Below are positions 1 to 9,594 of a stretch of DNA of 64,000 bases, one piece after another. Origin of the DNA: an uncultured bacterium (GTDB lineage Bacteria; Eisenbacteria; RBG-16-71-46; CAIMUX01); NCBI GenBank assembly GCA_964473865.1, contig CAYYQN010000004.1, positions 74,325 to 138,324 of the forward strand, read 5' to 3'. The notes beneath the pieces were generated by a model. It did not search any database. It was not told the origin of the DNA and saw only the letters and a list, made by a program, of their open reading frames with translations. Position 1 is the first letter of the stretch; every line of letters begins with the position of its first letter. The translations under genes were made by a program, and so were the position numbers.

Positions 1-504
1 AACGACGACCCGAACGCGCTGGCTTCGACTCTGGGCGGCGTGATGGCGCAGCGGCTCGTCCGCCGGAACTGCCCGGACTGCCTGGAGTCCTATCAGCCGG
101 ATCGCGACCTTCTGCTCCGTTGGTTCCGCACCCCGCCGCCCGGTGTCCGGTGGATGCGGGGGCGTAGCTGCGCTTCGTGCGCCGGCACCGGCTACGCGGG
201 CCGGATTCCGGTGACGGAGCTATGGATCCCCTCCGCGCGCGAGGCCGCGCTCATCCACCGCCGGGCCTCGAGCGAGGAGATCCGCAACGAAGCCCGGCAG
301 CGGATGTCGACCCTGGCGGAGGACGCGCTCGCGAAGGCGATCGAAGGGCTCACGACCATCGAGGAGGCGAGTCGGGTCGTGCCGTACGCCGACGTCGAGC
401 AGATCCGAGCGACCGGGATGCGCCGCGGAACCGGCGTCCCCGGCCCGCGCTCCGCTGACTCCGGCCCGGACGTCTCGCCCCCGGACCTGGCCCGGGCCGC
501 CTGA
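1..504 (+). CDS. Type II secretion / type IV pilus assembly ATPase (GspE/PilB family), C-terminal fragment; the gene starts upstream of the window
   Basis: Frame 1 is open from nt 1. C-terminal tetracysteine zinc motif CPDC...CASCAGTGYAGRIPVTELW is typical of GspE/PilB. TGA at 502-504. Confidence 0.8.
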   Translation, partial: NDDPNALASTLGGVMAQRLVRRNCPDCLESYQPDRDLLLRWFRTPPPGVRWMRGRSCASCAGTGYAGRIPVTELWIPSAREAALIHRRASSEEIRNEARQRMSTLAEDALAKAIEGLTTIEEASRVVPYADVEQIRATGMRRGTGVPGPRSADSGPDVSPPDLARAA

Positions 505-524
505 TCGGGACGGCCGAGACGGCC

Positions 525-3065
525 TCAGGCTCGCCAGAGAACCTGCACCTTCGCGAAGAACTGGCGGGAGTTCAGATGCCACTCCTGCCGCGGCTCGGCC
601 AAGCCCGCCTCGGCGCCGGTTGGCCGCAGACCGCCCACGGTCGCCTCCGGATCCAGGTCATACCGGTGATGGCGGTCGAACATTCCCAAGTAGATGACAC
701 TGAAGGCGTTCAGCCGATAGGTTAAGAGCGGTTCGAGGGAGAGGGCGCGCTCCGCCTGGTCGTACTCGGTGACCAGCCGGAACGATGCCTCGCGGTTGAC
801 CTGCAGGGCGAGCCGGTTCCGAGCGATGTACCCGTCGAAGATGGTCGACTCCCCGCTGGGGCTCCTGAGGCGCAGATAGGACACCTCGGGCTCCAGGACC
901 AGGCGGCTGCCGAGCTTGATCGTCGCCCCGCCCGAAGCCTGGATCATCCGGGCCAGAAGCGGCGTCACGCCGGGATCGAAGGTTCGCCAGATGGTCCGGC
1001 CGGCGGTCAGCGCCGCCTCGATGCCGACGGCCTCGCCGAAGCGGGTGGTCAACTCGACCGTGGTGCGGCGGATACCGGGGAACATCCGTTCCCGGAACCG
1101 CTCCCGGCTCCACAACTGCTCGACGCTGATGTCCGTCATGCGGCGCCACCGCGTGCTCAGCATCGGCAACAGCCACTCGTCCTGGTAGTGCCCGCGGTAG
1201 TCCCACACGCGGCCCACCGACACCGCGGGCTCGCACTCCACCAGCCAGGCTCCGCCGGGGCGAAGCGTGACTCCATTCCAGCTCTCCAACTGCCGGTAGT
1301 CGTTCCGGGTGACGAACCCGTTGGCGGCGCGGAAGCCGGGATGGTAGACCTGCGCCTCCAATTCGCCGTTCCAGGTTCGGCCGTTGCGCGTGATCCCGGT
1401 GGAGAGGGCATGGCCGTTGAATCGTTCGCCGTCGAGGGCGAGGGTATGGCGCCCGCGGTCGAAGGTCACGGAGTCGGGGTCTGTTCCGAGCTGCCTTCCA
1501 AGCGTCGCGTTCAGTCCGGCGTCCCGCGGTTCCACGGTGTGGCTGGTCAGCTGCTGCCAGCTGATCCGCAACCGGCCGGGAAGGCGGGTCGCCAGATCGA
1601 GGCCGAAGACGGAGCCGGAGCCACTCTCCTGCAACTCCCTCGCGGTGAACAGAACGCCCACGTGCGCGTCCTCGCCGATGCTGCGGCGGAGCCGCAGCAC
1701 TCCGGTCGCGCTCTTCCCTCCCTGGAGATAGAAGCTCCGTTCCTCCATCGGCAGGAGGATCGGCGTGTTGTCGTCGCGGGCCGCCGTCGCGGCGACGGCG
1801 AATCCGGCCAGCTTGCCGGTGAGCTTGGCCGCGTACGCCGGATTGGCGATCGAGCGGGTGTAGATGGCGCTGACCGGGGTGCTGTAGAGCTCCGTCCCTT
1901 CCTGAAAGAACGGACGCTTCTCCGTGTAGTAGAGCGCGAACGGCTCGTTCACGCTGATGCGGCCGGCGTCCGATTCGATCTGGCTGAAGTCGGGATTGAA
2001 GGTGACCTCGGCGGCGGCGCTCGAGCTGATCCCGTAACGCAGGTTGAGCGAAGCTTCGCCTTCGGAGTCCATCCATCGGAACGGTCCGAGCCCCGAACCG
2101 TCGTCCACGCGGGCGCCGTCGCGGTAGCCGATCGCCCCGGCGATGATCTCGAGGTTGCGTCCGGGCCGGATGCCGCGAATGCCGGTCAGCGTGCCCCACT
2201 GGCAGATCCAGCACGGGTCGTCACGGTTGACAGCGGCCCAGGCGTAGCGGCGGCGCACGTCGCGCCGGTGGTCGCGCCAGAAGTTGGCGCGCCAGGTCTG
2301 CTCCGTGCTCTCCGGAAACCGGATCGAGGCAAAGGGGATGGCCAGCTCAGCCTGCCACCCGCGGTCCGTCACCCGGCCGCGCGAGAACCAGATCAGGTCG
2401 GGCGAGGGATCGTCGTTCCCGTTCCGGTCGATCCGCAGATCGCCCTGGATGCCGAGCGGGTTGACGAAGAACTCATACCCCCAGGTCTGGTCGCCGTAGG
2501 TGTCGAGCATCAATCCGAAGTAGTCGTCGTTCCAGATGTTATCGCGCTCCTGCATCGAGACCCGCACCGCTTCGGGATCGTCGCGGGCGATGAGCGCCAC
2601 ATAGAGGTTCTTCTCGTCGTAGGCGATCCAGGCCTCGGAGTCGACCAGAGGCCGGACCTGATCACCGGGGTCGACTTCGGCGAACCCGGCGGCCCGGGCC
2701 GCCCTTGTCCAGCCCGCGTCGTCGAGCTCTCCGTCGATGCGGATCGCCTCCGCGTCGATGCGGGGCACCGCGAGCGCCGGTCTGAATTGCGGCCGGAAGG
2801 CGGCCGTGTCGGGAAGGGTGGCGCGAGCGCCGGTGGAAGCGGCGGCGGCGGTGGATCCGTCCGGATCGGCGACGGCGGACCCGACGCCGCCACCGAGGGC
2901 GAAGAGAAGTCCGGTCGTCTGCAGGACACCCCGGAACCGCCCGTTTCGGAGGGAGAGACGGGAAGCGCGGACGGCGGAATGGGCGCGCCCCCGGGGCCGG
3001 CCGGGGGAGGGTTCCGAGTAGGGGACGCGGCAGCGGCGAAACCGGGTCGAATCATGCAGCGGCAT
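525..3065 (-). CDS. DUF5916 / carbohydrate-binding family 9 (CBM9/DOMON-like) domain protein, probable secreted or outer-membrane hydrolase-associated protein
   Basis: 846-aa ORF. N-terminal region with WIAYDEKNLYVALIARD...NIWNDDYFGLMLDTYGD matches the CBM9-like/DUF5916 architecture. A hydrophobic signal-like stretch LLFALGGGVGSAVA sits about 45 aa after the first ATG, so the true start is uncertain. Confidence 0.7.
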   Translation of the reverse strand: MPLHDSTRFRRCRVPYSEPSPGRPRGRAHSAVRASRLSLRNGRFRGVLQTTGLLFALGGGVGSAVADPDGSTAAAASTGARATLPDTAAFRPQFRPALAVPRIDAEAIRIDGELDDAGWTRAARAAGFAEVDPGDQVRPLVDSEAWIAYDEKNLYVALIARDDPEAVRVSMQERDNIWNDDYFGLMLDTYGDQTWGYEFFVNPLGIQGDLRIDRNGNDDPSPDLIWFSRGRVTDRGWQAELAIPFASIRFPESTEQTWRANFWRDHRRDVRRRYAWAAVNRDDPCWICQWGTLTGIRGIRPGRNLEIIAGAIGYRDGARVDDGSGLGPFRWMDSEGEASLNLRYGISSSAAAEVTFNPDFSQIESDAGRISVNEPFALYYTEKRPFFQEGTELYSTPVSAIYTRSIANPAYAAKLTGKLAGFAVAATAARDDNTPILLPMEERSFYLQGGKSATGVLRLRRSIGEDAHVGVLFTARELQESGSGSVFGLDLATRLPGRLRISWQQLTSHTVEPRDAGLNATLGRQLGTDPDSVTFDRGRHTLALDGERFNGHALSTGITRNGRTWNGELEAQVYHPGFRAANGFVTRNDYRQLESWNGVTLRPGGAWLVECEPAVSVGRVWDYRGHYQDEWLLPMLSTRWRRMTDISVEQLWSRERFRERMFPGIRRTTVELTTRFGEAVGIEAALTAGRTIWRTFDPGVTPLLARMIQASGGATIKLGSRLVLEPEVSYLRLRSPSGESTIFDGYIARNRLALQVNREASFRLVTEYDQAERALSLEPLLTYRLNAFSVIYLGMFDRHHRYDLDPEATVGGLRPTGAEAGLAEPRQEWHLNSRQFFAKVQVLWRA

Positions 3066-3094
3066 TCGCGACTCTTCCGTGCCGGGCCGGGCGA

Positions 3095-4309
3095 TCAGCC
3101 GATCAGCGGCAGGCTGTTCTGCCGCTCGCTCAGCCAGTCGCAGCCGTTGGCGGTGATGAGGACCATTTCCTCCAGCCCGAGATAGCCGCGCCCGTCGACC
3201 ATGACGCCGAGCTCCAGGGTGAAGACCTGGCCGGGCTCGACCGGCAGGTAGGGACTGCGCCCGTAGCGGTCCCAGCGCGGGCCGAGGACGGCGCCGCCAT
3301 CGTGGGCCATGCGCCCGACCTGGTGCCCCAGCGCGTGCTGGTACTCGGGGTATCCGGCCGCCACCAAGAACCTGCGCGCGGCGTCGTCCACGCGCCAGCC
3401 TTCGATCCCGGGGCGCAGCACGCGGGCTCCTTCGCTGATCGCGCCGTGCACGGCGGCGAAGGCATGCGTCACGTCGGCGGGCAGGTCCCGCCGCTCCGGG
3501 CGGGGCGGTTCGCGCAGGAGCCAGGAGCGCTGCAGATCGGAGGCGTATCCTTCGCAGAGAACGCCGAGGTCGAGGTGGAGGATGTGACCGGGCGCCAACC
3601 GGATGGTGTCGGAAGGCACGCCGTGGCCCACCATCGAATCGGGTCCGCTGTTGACGATCGGGTCGCCGTGCGAATCCCAGGACAAGCCGAGCCCGCGCGC
3701 GGCGACGCGCTCCTGGGTGAAGGTGAAGATCTCGCGTTCCGTCCGGCCGACCGCGGCATAGCCTTCGACCTCGGCGAAGATCTCGTGGGTAGCCCGGACG
3801 GCGCGGCGCAGGCGGCGCACCTCCTCGGGGACCTTGCGGCCCCGCAGTCCCATGGCGATCGGTTCGGCGCTCACGCAGCAGTCCTCGAAACGCGTCCCGC
3901 AGAGGATGTCCTGCAGGAGCAGGTACATTCCGTGCGTGAGTCCGTCGGCCTTGGGGTCGTCCCGCGAGAAGTTGATCGCAAGGCGGGGCGGACGCGGCAG
4001 CTCCCCAACGAGCCGGCCGAGCGCTTGCACCAGGTCGCGCCGAATCCCCTGCACATAGGGAATGACCTCGTCCCAGTCGCCGGAGGCGCGCAGAGGGTCG
4101 GCATCGAAGTTCCCGACGACCGCGACCGTGCGCCCCGAGGCGGTCACCATCAGGGCGCTCGGCCAGGTCAGTCCTCCCTCCAGGATGAGCGGAAGGACCG
4201 GGTCGCGCGACTCCGCGGTCTCGCGCACGAAGACCAGCCAGAGATCCGCTCCGGACGCGGCGACCAGCCCGGCCGCCTGGTGCAGCTTGGCCGCGGTGAG
4301 TTCACTCAT
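3095..4309 (-). CDS. M24 family metallopeptidase (Xaa-Pro aminopeptidase-like)
   Basis: 404 aa. Creatinase-like N-terminal region plus pita-bread C-domain with HALGHQVGRMAHDGG and a conserved acidic/His metal ligand pattern. Confidence 0.85.
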   Translation of the reverse strand: MSELTAAKLHQAAGLVAASGADLWLVFVRETAESRDPVLPLILEGGLTWPSALMVTASGRTVAVVGNFDADPLRASGDWDEVIPYVQGIRRDLVQALGRLVGELPRPPRLAINFSRDDPKADGLTHGMYLLLQDILCGTRFEDCCVSAEPIAMGLRGRKVPEEVRRLRRAVRATHEIFAEVEGYAAVGRTEREIFTFTQERVAARGLGLSWDSHGDPIVNSGPDSMVGHGVPSDTIRLAPGHILHLDLGVLCEGYASDLQRSWLLREPPRPERRDLPADVTHAFAAVHGAISEGARVLRPGIEGWRVDDAARRFLVAAGYPEYQHALGHQVGRMAHDGGAVLGPRWDRYGRSPYLPVEPGQVFTLELGVMVDGRGYLGLEEMVLITANGCDWLSERQNSLPLIG

Positions 4310-4365
4310 TGGATGCCCTCGGCCCCCTCCCTGGTCTCACGGCGATCCGGTCCGGCCGCTGGAGG

Positions 4366-4413
4366 TGCGCGCCGCCGCAGATGCGCGCCGCCGCAGAAGC
4401 GCGCCGCCGCAGA
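4366..4413. repeat. 16-bp tandem repeat (gcgcgccgccgcagaa) x3 in the pmbA-M24 intergenic region
   Basis: Three consecutive near-identical 16-mers read directly from the sequence. Confidence 0.8.
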
Positions 4414-4439
4414 AGCGCGGCCTCCCGATGCCGGACCGG

Positions 4440-5771
4440 TCAGGTTCCGGTGAACTGCAGCGAGTCGAACCGCAGGCTGGGCACCCGCACCGACGAGTAC
4501 GGATGCGGATCGTTGCCCGCCTCGAGCAGCCGGCTCCAGATCTCCCGGAGGTTTCCCGAAAGGTTCATTCCCGCCAACGGACGCGCCGGGGCGCCGTTCT
4601 CGATCCACTGGCCGCGGATCCCGACCGAGAAATCTCCGGTGGCGGCGTTGCTGTTCCCGCCGGAGAAGCCGGTGATCAGGACGCCGGTGCCCATGGCCGC
4701 GAGCAAGCCGTTCAGGTCCCGCTCGCCGAGAGCGGCGACCAGGTTGGTCGGAGAGGCACTGGTCGGCGCAAGCCGCAGCTTTGCGCCGTAGTAGACCGAG
4801 AGGTAGTAGTTGCGGAGCACCCCGCGCTCGATCACCGGCCGGGGCACGGTGGCCATGCCCTCGTCGTCGTAGGCGCCGGAGCCGAATCCGCCGGGAAGAT
4901 GAGGCTCGTCGCGCAGGGTGAGCGCCGGAGAGGCGATCACCTGTCCGATCTTGCCGGCGAAGACGGAACGCTGCTGCTGGATCGCGTTCCCGGTGAGCGG
5001 TCCAGTGAGATCGCGGATCAGCCGCCCGACCGTCATGTTCTCGACCACACAGGGGTAGTGCCCGCTTTTTTCGGGCTCGGCGCCGACGGCCAGGAGGGCG
5101 CGTCGCACCGCTTCCCGCGCCACCGGCTCGGGCCCGGGAAGGCCGGCGCGGTGGCGCGAGGCTGCGTACCACGATCCGCGCGGGCGGCGGTTGCCTTCAT
5201 CCCGGACCGACGCGACACACCCCAGGGCAAAACTGGTGCCGCGGGACTCGATCTCCATGCCGTTGGAATTCACGAGGGCGTTTTCCCAGAGGTTGTCCGA
5301 CGCGCTCCCGGTGACGGTGATGATCCGGTCGGCACCGGGCGAGGAGCGGGCCGCCTCCTCCAGGGACTGGGCTAGACGGCGTCGCTCGATCGCGTTGTTC
5401 GCGGCCGATCCCGGCAGGTCGTAGAGCTCCAGGTCGCCGGCAAAGAGCGGCCGGTAGCGCCGCGGATCGGGGAGGCTTCGGTAGGGGTCCGGCTCCAGGA
5501 GCCGGGTCATCGCCACCGCTTCATCGAGAAACGACGAGAGGGCTTCGGGGCGCAGATCGCTCGTGTCGTGGGTCGAGAACCGGCCGTCCACGAAGAGCGC
5601 CAGGTTGAGCCCCAGGGAGGTCGATTCCCGCAGGCGGTCGAGCTTTCCGTCCCGCCACTCCACGCCGCTTTCCCGCTGGCGGGTGATCGCCGCGCGCGCC
5701 CCTTGCGCGCCGCGCCGGAGGGCCTCCCGCACCGCGGCCCGGGCCGAGTCGAGCACATTGTCCTTCATGCC
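4440..5771 (-). CDS. pmbA: PmbA/TldE-family metalloprotease component
   Basis: TldD/PmbA-family sequence throughout. Start placed at the internal ATG (MKDNVLDSARAAV), which overlaps the tldD stop by 7 bp. No signal peptide. Confidence 0.8.
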   Translation of the reverse strand, partial: GMKDNVLDSARAAVREALRRGAQGARAAITRQRESGVEWRDGKLDRLRESTSLGLNLALFVDGRFSTHDTSDLRPEALSSFLDEAVAMTRLLEPDPYRSLPDPRRYRPLFAGDLELYDLPGSAANNAIERRRLAQSLEEAARSSPGADRIITVTGSASDNLWENALVNSNGMEIESRGTSFALGCVASVRDEGNRRPRGSWYAASRHRAGLPGPEPVAREAVRRALLAVGAEPEKSGHYPCVVENMTVGRLIRDLTGPLTGNAIQQQRSVFAGKIGQVIASPALTLRDEPHLPGGFGSGAYDDEGMATVPRPVIERGVLRNYYLSVYYGAKLRLAPTSASPTNLVAALGERDLNGLLAAMGTGVLITGFSGGNSNAATGDFSVGIRGQWIENGAPARPLAGMNLSGNLREIWSRLLEAGNDPHPYSSVRVPSLRFDSLQFTGT

Positions 5772-7321
5772 GCCCGCCCTCCCACGGTGATGGCCGAGAC
5801 GCGCACGGTCGGCAGGCCGAAGCTCACCGGCACCGACTGCCCGTCCTTGCCGCACGACCCGCCGCCGTCGGCGTTCATGACGAAGTCGGATCCGACCAGA
5901 TCGATCCGCTCCAGCACCCGCGGTCCATTTCCGGTCAGATTGGCGTCCTTGACCACGGCGGTCAGCTTCCCGTTCTCGATCAACCGCCCGCTGCGCAAGT
6001 AGAAGGTGAAGTCGCCGCCTCCGATGTCGACCTGGCCGTTGGCGAACTCCTCCGCGTAGAGGCCGCGCGCCACCGAGGCCACGATCTCCTCCGGATCGCG
6101 CGAGCCGGCGAGCATGTAGGTGCTGCGCATCCGCGGCACGGGCGGGTAGCGGAACGATTCGCGGCGGCCGGAGCCGGTGCGCGCGACGCGGTAGAACGCC
6201 GCCGAGATCCGGTCGTGCAGATACGAGCGCAAGACGCCGTTTTCCACGAGCACGGTGCGCTGGGCCGGCGTCCCCTCGTCGTCGATGTTGAGCGAGCCCC
6301 GCAGCCGCCCCGTGGTGCCGTCGTCCACGATGGTGACCTCCGGGGCGGCGATCCGCTCGCCGATGCGACCGGAGTAGACCGAGGTGCCCTTGCGATTGAA
6401 GTCGGCCTCCATTCCGTGGCCGATCGCCTCATGCAGCAGGATGCCCGAGTTCCCCGCGGCCAGCACGACCGGCATCTCGCCGGCGGGGGCCGGCACGGCG
6501 TCGAAGAGCCGGATAGCGCGGGCCGCGGCATCCCGTGCCGTTGCCGCCACGCGCTCCGGCGTGAACCAGGCGAACGCCTCCCGGCCGGAGAGAAAGCGCA
6601 CCCCGGTCTCCGAACGATCGCCCACGCGGGCGACGCAGGTGACGGAGAAAAGCCCCATCGGCCGGTCGTCCTCCGCCAGCGTTCCTTCGGAGTTGGCCAC
6701 GAGGATGCGCGAAGCGGAGTCGTTGAAGCTGATCGTGACCCGGGCGATCCGGGGGTCGTGGGCGCGCGCGGCGGCATCCGCGGCCTGCACCAGCGGGACC
6801 TTGCGATCCACCCCGATGGCGGACCAGGGCACTTCCACGGGATACCGGCTTTCGTAACGGGTCTCAGACCACGGGCCCGTGACCGCGCCGGCGCCGCTGT
6901 CGGCCACCGTCGCCGCGGTGGCGGCCGCGGCCATGAGCGCCGCCTCGGAGAGCTCCTCGGTGTAGGCGAAGCCGGTGGCGTCTCCCTTCAGCACGCGGAT
7001 TCCCGCGCCGAGCAGGACTTCGGCGTGGGCCCGGTTGACGATCCCGTCCTCCAGGCCGAGGTGGCGGCCGACGGTGTGCTCGAGATAGACCTCGGCGAAG
7101 TCGCCTCCCCGCGCCAGAGCGCGGCCCAGAGTCTTCTGCAGGAGCGCTCGGCCCACGCCGAACCGCTCGAACCCGTCGTTTGAGGCCAGGGCCGACGGGG
7201 CTTGTCCTCCGAGGAGCGCCGGGCGTCCCCAGCCGCCGCGAGCCGCACCCGGAAGCAGGACGAAGGCCGTGCCGGCGCCGAGTTGTCGTAGGAACGCGCG
7301 GCGGTCGAGCTGATGTCGCAT
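5765..7321 (-). CDS. tldD: TldD-family metalloprotease with twin-arginine (Tat) signal peptide
   Basis: HEAIGHGME zinc motif. N-terminus MRHQLDRRAFLRQLGAGTAFVLLPGAARG carries the Tat motif RRAFLR, an h-region and AxA. Start chosen at the ATG giving the Tat signal (aa 37 of the track ORF). Confidence 0.85.
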   Translation of the reverse strand: MRHQLDRRAFLRQLGAGTAFVLLPGAARGGWGRPALLGGQAPSALASNDGFERFGVGRALLQKTLGRALARGGDFAEVYLEHTVGRHLGLEDGIVNRAHAEVLLGAGIRVLKGDATGFAYTEELSEAALMAAAATAATVADSGAGAVTGPWSETRYESRYPVEVPWSAIGVDRKVPLVQAADAAARAHDPRIARVTISFNDSASRILVANSEGTLAEDDRPMGLFSVTCVARVGDRSETGVRFLSGREAFAWFTPERVAATARDAAARAIRLFDAVPAPAGEMPVVLAAGNSGILLHEAIGHGMEADFNRKGTSVYSGRIGERIAAPEVTIVDDGTTGRLRGSLNIDDEGTPAQRTVLVENGVLRSYLHDRISAAFYRVARTGSGRRESFRYPPVPRMRSTYMLAGSRDPEEIVASVARGLYAEEFANGQVDIGGGDFTFYLRSGRLIENGKLTAVVKDANLTGNGPRVLERIDLVGSDFVMNADGGGSCGKDGQSVPVSFGLPTVRVSAITVGGRAA

Positions 7322-7474
7322 CGTGAGGTCCTCCCGGGGAGGATCATGCCAGATCTGCCCGGGCCGGGAAAGGACGCCGCGGCGGGGTTGGCTGCGTTCT
7401 TCCGGCTCTTGCTGGCCCTGCACCGGCAACCCTGCGCGAGCCGAAGGCGGCTTGCGACGTGGAGGATTGACCGA

Positions 7475-8107
7475 TCAGGGCGGGGCTCGGTCCCCCGGGG
7501 GAGGCGTGGGCCGCAGCTCCGCGCAGAGCACCGGCGGCAGAAGATCGCGATTGGCGTGAGTCACCTCAAAGACCCGAGAGGTCCGAGGAGCGCACCGCTC
7601 CGCGAGCGCTTCTACGAGACTCGGCCGGACCACCGCGACCACCGCGGATCGGGGATGTCGTGCGATCTGCGGAATCAAAGGCGCGAATCCGAGGCCAAAG
7701 GTGAGCTCCAAAGGCCCGATCTCATCGATGATGACGAGATCCGCTCCCGTGTCGAAGGCGGCGCGCGCCGCCCGAATCCCCAGCGCCAGCACGGTGGCGT
7801 CCATGGAGAACGGCCCGACCCGGGGTCCGCCGAGATCTCTCCCGGTCGCGGCCAGCCGATGCTGGGCGCCGGCAGGATGCGGAAGAACCCCGTCCGCCGC
7901 ATTCGGAGCGCCGATCGGTCGGCCGGGAGCGCTCACTTCCACCAGCCAGAGACCCAGGGTGGCGCCGGACTCGTCCCGGTCGCGTCGGGTCAGGAACCCT
8001 CCGCAGCGGATGCCCCGCCCGGCCGCGAGGCTGCACAGCGCAGAGCAGAGCTGGGACTTTCCGACCCCGACCTCGCCGGTGAGGAGAATCAGCGGGGGTG
8101 TGCCCAT
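7475..8107 (-). CDS. P-loop NTPase (THEP1/AAA-like nucleoside-triphosphatase family)
   Basis: Walker A LILLTGEVGVGKSQL and Walker B-like LVIIDEIGPLEL; 210 aa. Confidence 0.55.
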   Translation of the reverse strand: MGTPPLILLTGEVGVGKSQLCSALCSLAAGRGIRCGGFLTRRDRDESGATLGLWLVEVSAPGRPIGAPNAADGVLPHPAGAQHRLAATGRDLGGPRVGPFSMDATVLALGIRAARAAFDTGADLVIIDEIGPLELTFGLGFAPLIPQIARHPRSAVVAVVRPSLVEALAERCAPRTSRVFEVTHANRDLLPPVLCAELRPTPPPGDRAPP

Positions 8108-8179
8108 GGCGCGGATTGTAGACCCGCGGGAGATCTTCGAGTGGTCCTGGACCGCGTCCCGGGGGCAGAATGGAGCCCC

Positions 8180-9364
8180 ATGTCATCCCGGAGTTGCAGC
8201 AGCCCCGATCCGCCCGGCAGCGGTCGGTCGCCGCGGGTGCTTCCCTTGCTTGCCGCCTTCGCGCTGGTCGCGGCGTGCTCTCCCGACCCCGTGCCCGGCC
8301 GGGCGCCCGCGCCTCCCTCCACTCCCGCTCATCTTCGCGTCCTGGTGGTGCACAACGCGCGCGATCCCGGCTCGATCCGGGTGGCCGATCACTACAGCGC
8401 GTGCCGGTCGATCCCGGCCGAGCACCGCGTGGCGATCGACATCGATCCCTTCGAGGAGGTCGCCCTGGCGGAGTACCAGGGGCGAGTCGAGCTGCCGGTC
8501 CGCCGCTTCCTCCGGGAAATCGCACCCGGGGACTCCATCGACTACATCGTGCTCGCGCGGGGCGTCCCCCTTCGGATTCGGGAGAACGGGGCTGCCGTCG
8601 ACGCGCTTCTGGGCGCCATGGACCTGGCGGCGGAGCCGCCGCGGGGCCGCAGCCCGGCCGAGCTGCGTCGGCTCGCCAATCCGTATTTCCGGGCGACGCG
8701 CCGCTTTCGGCACCGGGAGTTCGGCACCTATCTCGTGACCCGGCTCGACGGGTACGACGTCGCCGACGCCATGGCTCTTGTGGATCGCGCGCTTCTGGCC
8801 CGGCCCGAGCGCGGGCCGTTTCTGTTCGATCTCGATCCCCGCCGCGATGTCGAGGACTACCGGGTTTTGAACGACGCGGCCCGGCAGGCGGCTGCCTCTC
8901 TGCGGGCGCGGAGCCTGCAGGTGGTGCTGGAGGAGACGGAGGCGTTTGTGTCGGGAGGCCGGCCGCTGACGGGGTACTTCTCGTGGGGCAGCAACGATCA
9001 TGCGTTCGACCTGGCGACCTACCGCGCCCTGCGTTTCCGCCCCGGCGCACTCGCGGAGACTGCCGTGAGCACGTCCGGGCGCACCTTCCGGCCGACCACC
9101 GGCGGCCAGAGCCTGGTGGCCGACCTGGTGGCGCGCGGGGTGACGGGGGTCAAGGGCTACGTGTCCGAGCCGCTCACCGCGAGTCTCTGCCGGGCGGACA
9201 TCCTCTTCGATCGCTACGTCGCCGGGTACACGCTGGCCGAGAGCTTCGCCGCTGCTTCCCCGCTGGTGAAGTGGAAGGATGTCGTGGTGGGAGATCCCCT
9301 ATGCGCGCCCTACGCTCCGGCGGACCCGCCGGAACGAGGCGACCGGCGCGCGTCGCCCGACTAG
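8180..9364 (+). CDS. Lipoprotein, TIGR03790-like family (uncharacterized)
   Basis: Start moved to the ATG giving a lipoprotein signal LPLLAAFALVAACSPDP (lipobox LVAAC). Conserved blocks DYIVLARGVPLRI, RLDGYDV, WGSNDHAF, GYVSEPL, VGDPLCAPY. The upstream part of the 8170 track ORF is in a different frame and was rejected. Confidence 0.6.
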   Translation: MSSRSCSSPDPPGSGRSPRVLPLLAAFALVAACSPDPVPGRAPAPPSTPAHLRVLVVHNARDPGSIRVADHYSACRSIPAEHRVAIDIDPFEEVALAEYQGRVELPVRRFLREIAPGDSIDYIVLARGVPLRIRENGAAVDALLGAMDLAAEPPRGRSPAELRRLANPYFRATRRFRHREFGTYLVTRLDGYDVADAMALVDRALLARPERGPFLFDLDPRRDVEDYRVLNDAARQAAASLRARSLQVVLEETEAFVSGGRPLTGYFSWGSNDHAFDLATYRALRFRPGALAETAVSTSGRTFRPTTGGQSLVADLVARGVTGVKGYVSEPLTASLCRADILFDRYVAGYTLAESFAAASPLVKWKDVVVGDPLCAPYAPADPPERGDRRASPD

Positions 9365-9594
9365 TCGCGGTCGTGGTGCCGGCCGAGGTGGCCGTCGAAG
9401 TCTCCGTCCAGCGCGAGATCCAGGTCCACGATCTCCTCTTCCGAGTCCGGAATCTCGTCCCCCTCGAGCTCCGCCAGCTCTTCGAGGTTTTCGATCCTCT
9501 CGTAGCACTCCGGGCACTCGATCTCTCCGTCCGTGACCTCGTCGAGATCGATTTCCACGGCTTCTTCGCAGTGTGGGCAGCGAATGGTGACCAT
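9361..9594 (-). CDS. Small acidic zinc-ribbon protein (CxxC...CxxC), 77 aa
   Basis: MVTIRCPHCEEAVEIDLDEVTDGEIECPECYERIEN followed by a highly acidic D/E-rich tail. Strong Shine-Dalgarno GGAGGA 7 nt upstream of the ATG. Convergent with the lipoprotein gene and overlaps it by 4 bp. Confidence 0.6.
   Translation of the reverse strand: MVTIRCPHCEEAVEIDLDEVTDGEIECPECYERIENLEELAELEGDEIPDSEEEIVDLDLALDGDFDGHLGRHHDRD

Noticed and set aside
1188-3185. 665-aa plus-strand ORF overlapping the DUF5916 gene
   Set aside because: Antisense GC-artefact ORF with no recognisable motifs. The minus-strand frame carries the CBM9-like/DUF5916 signature.
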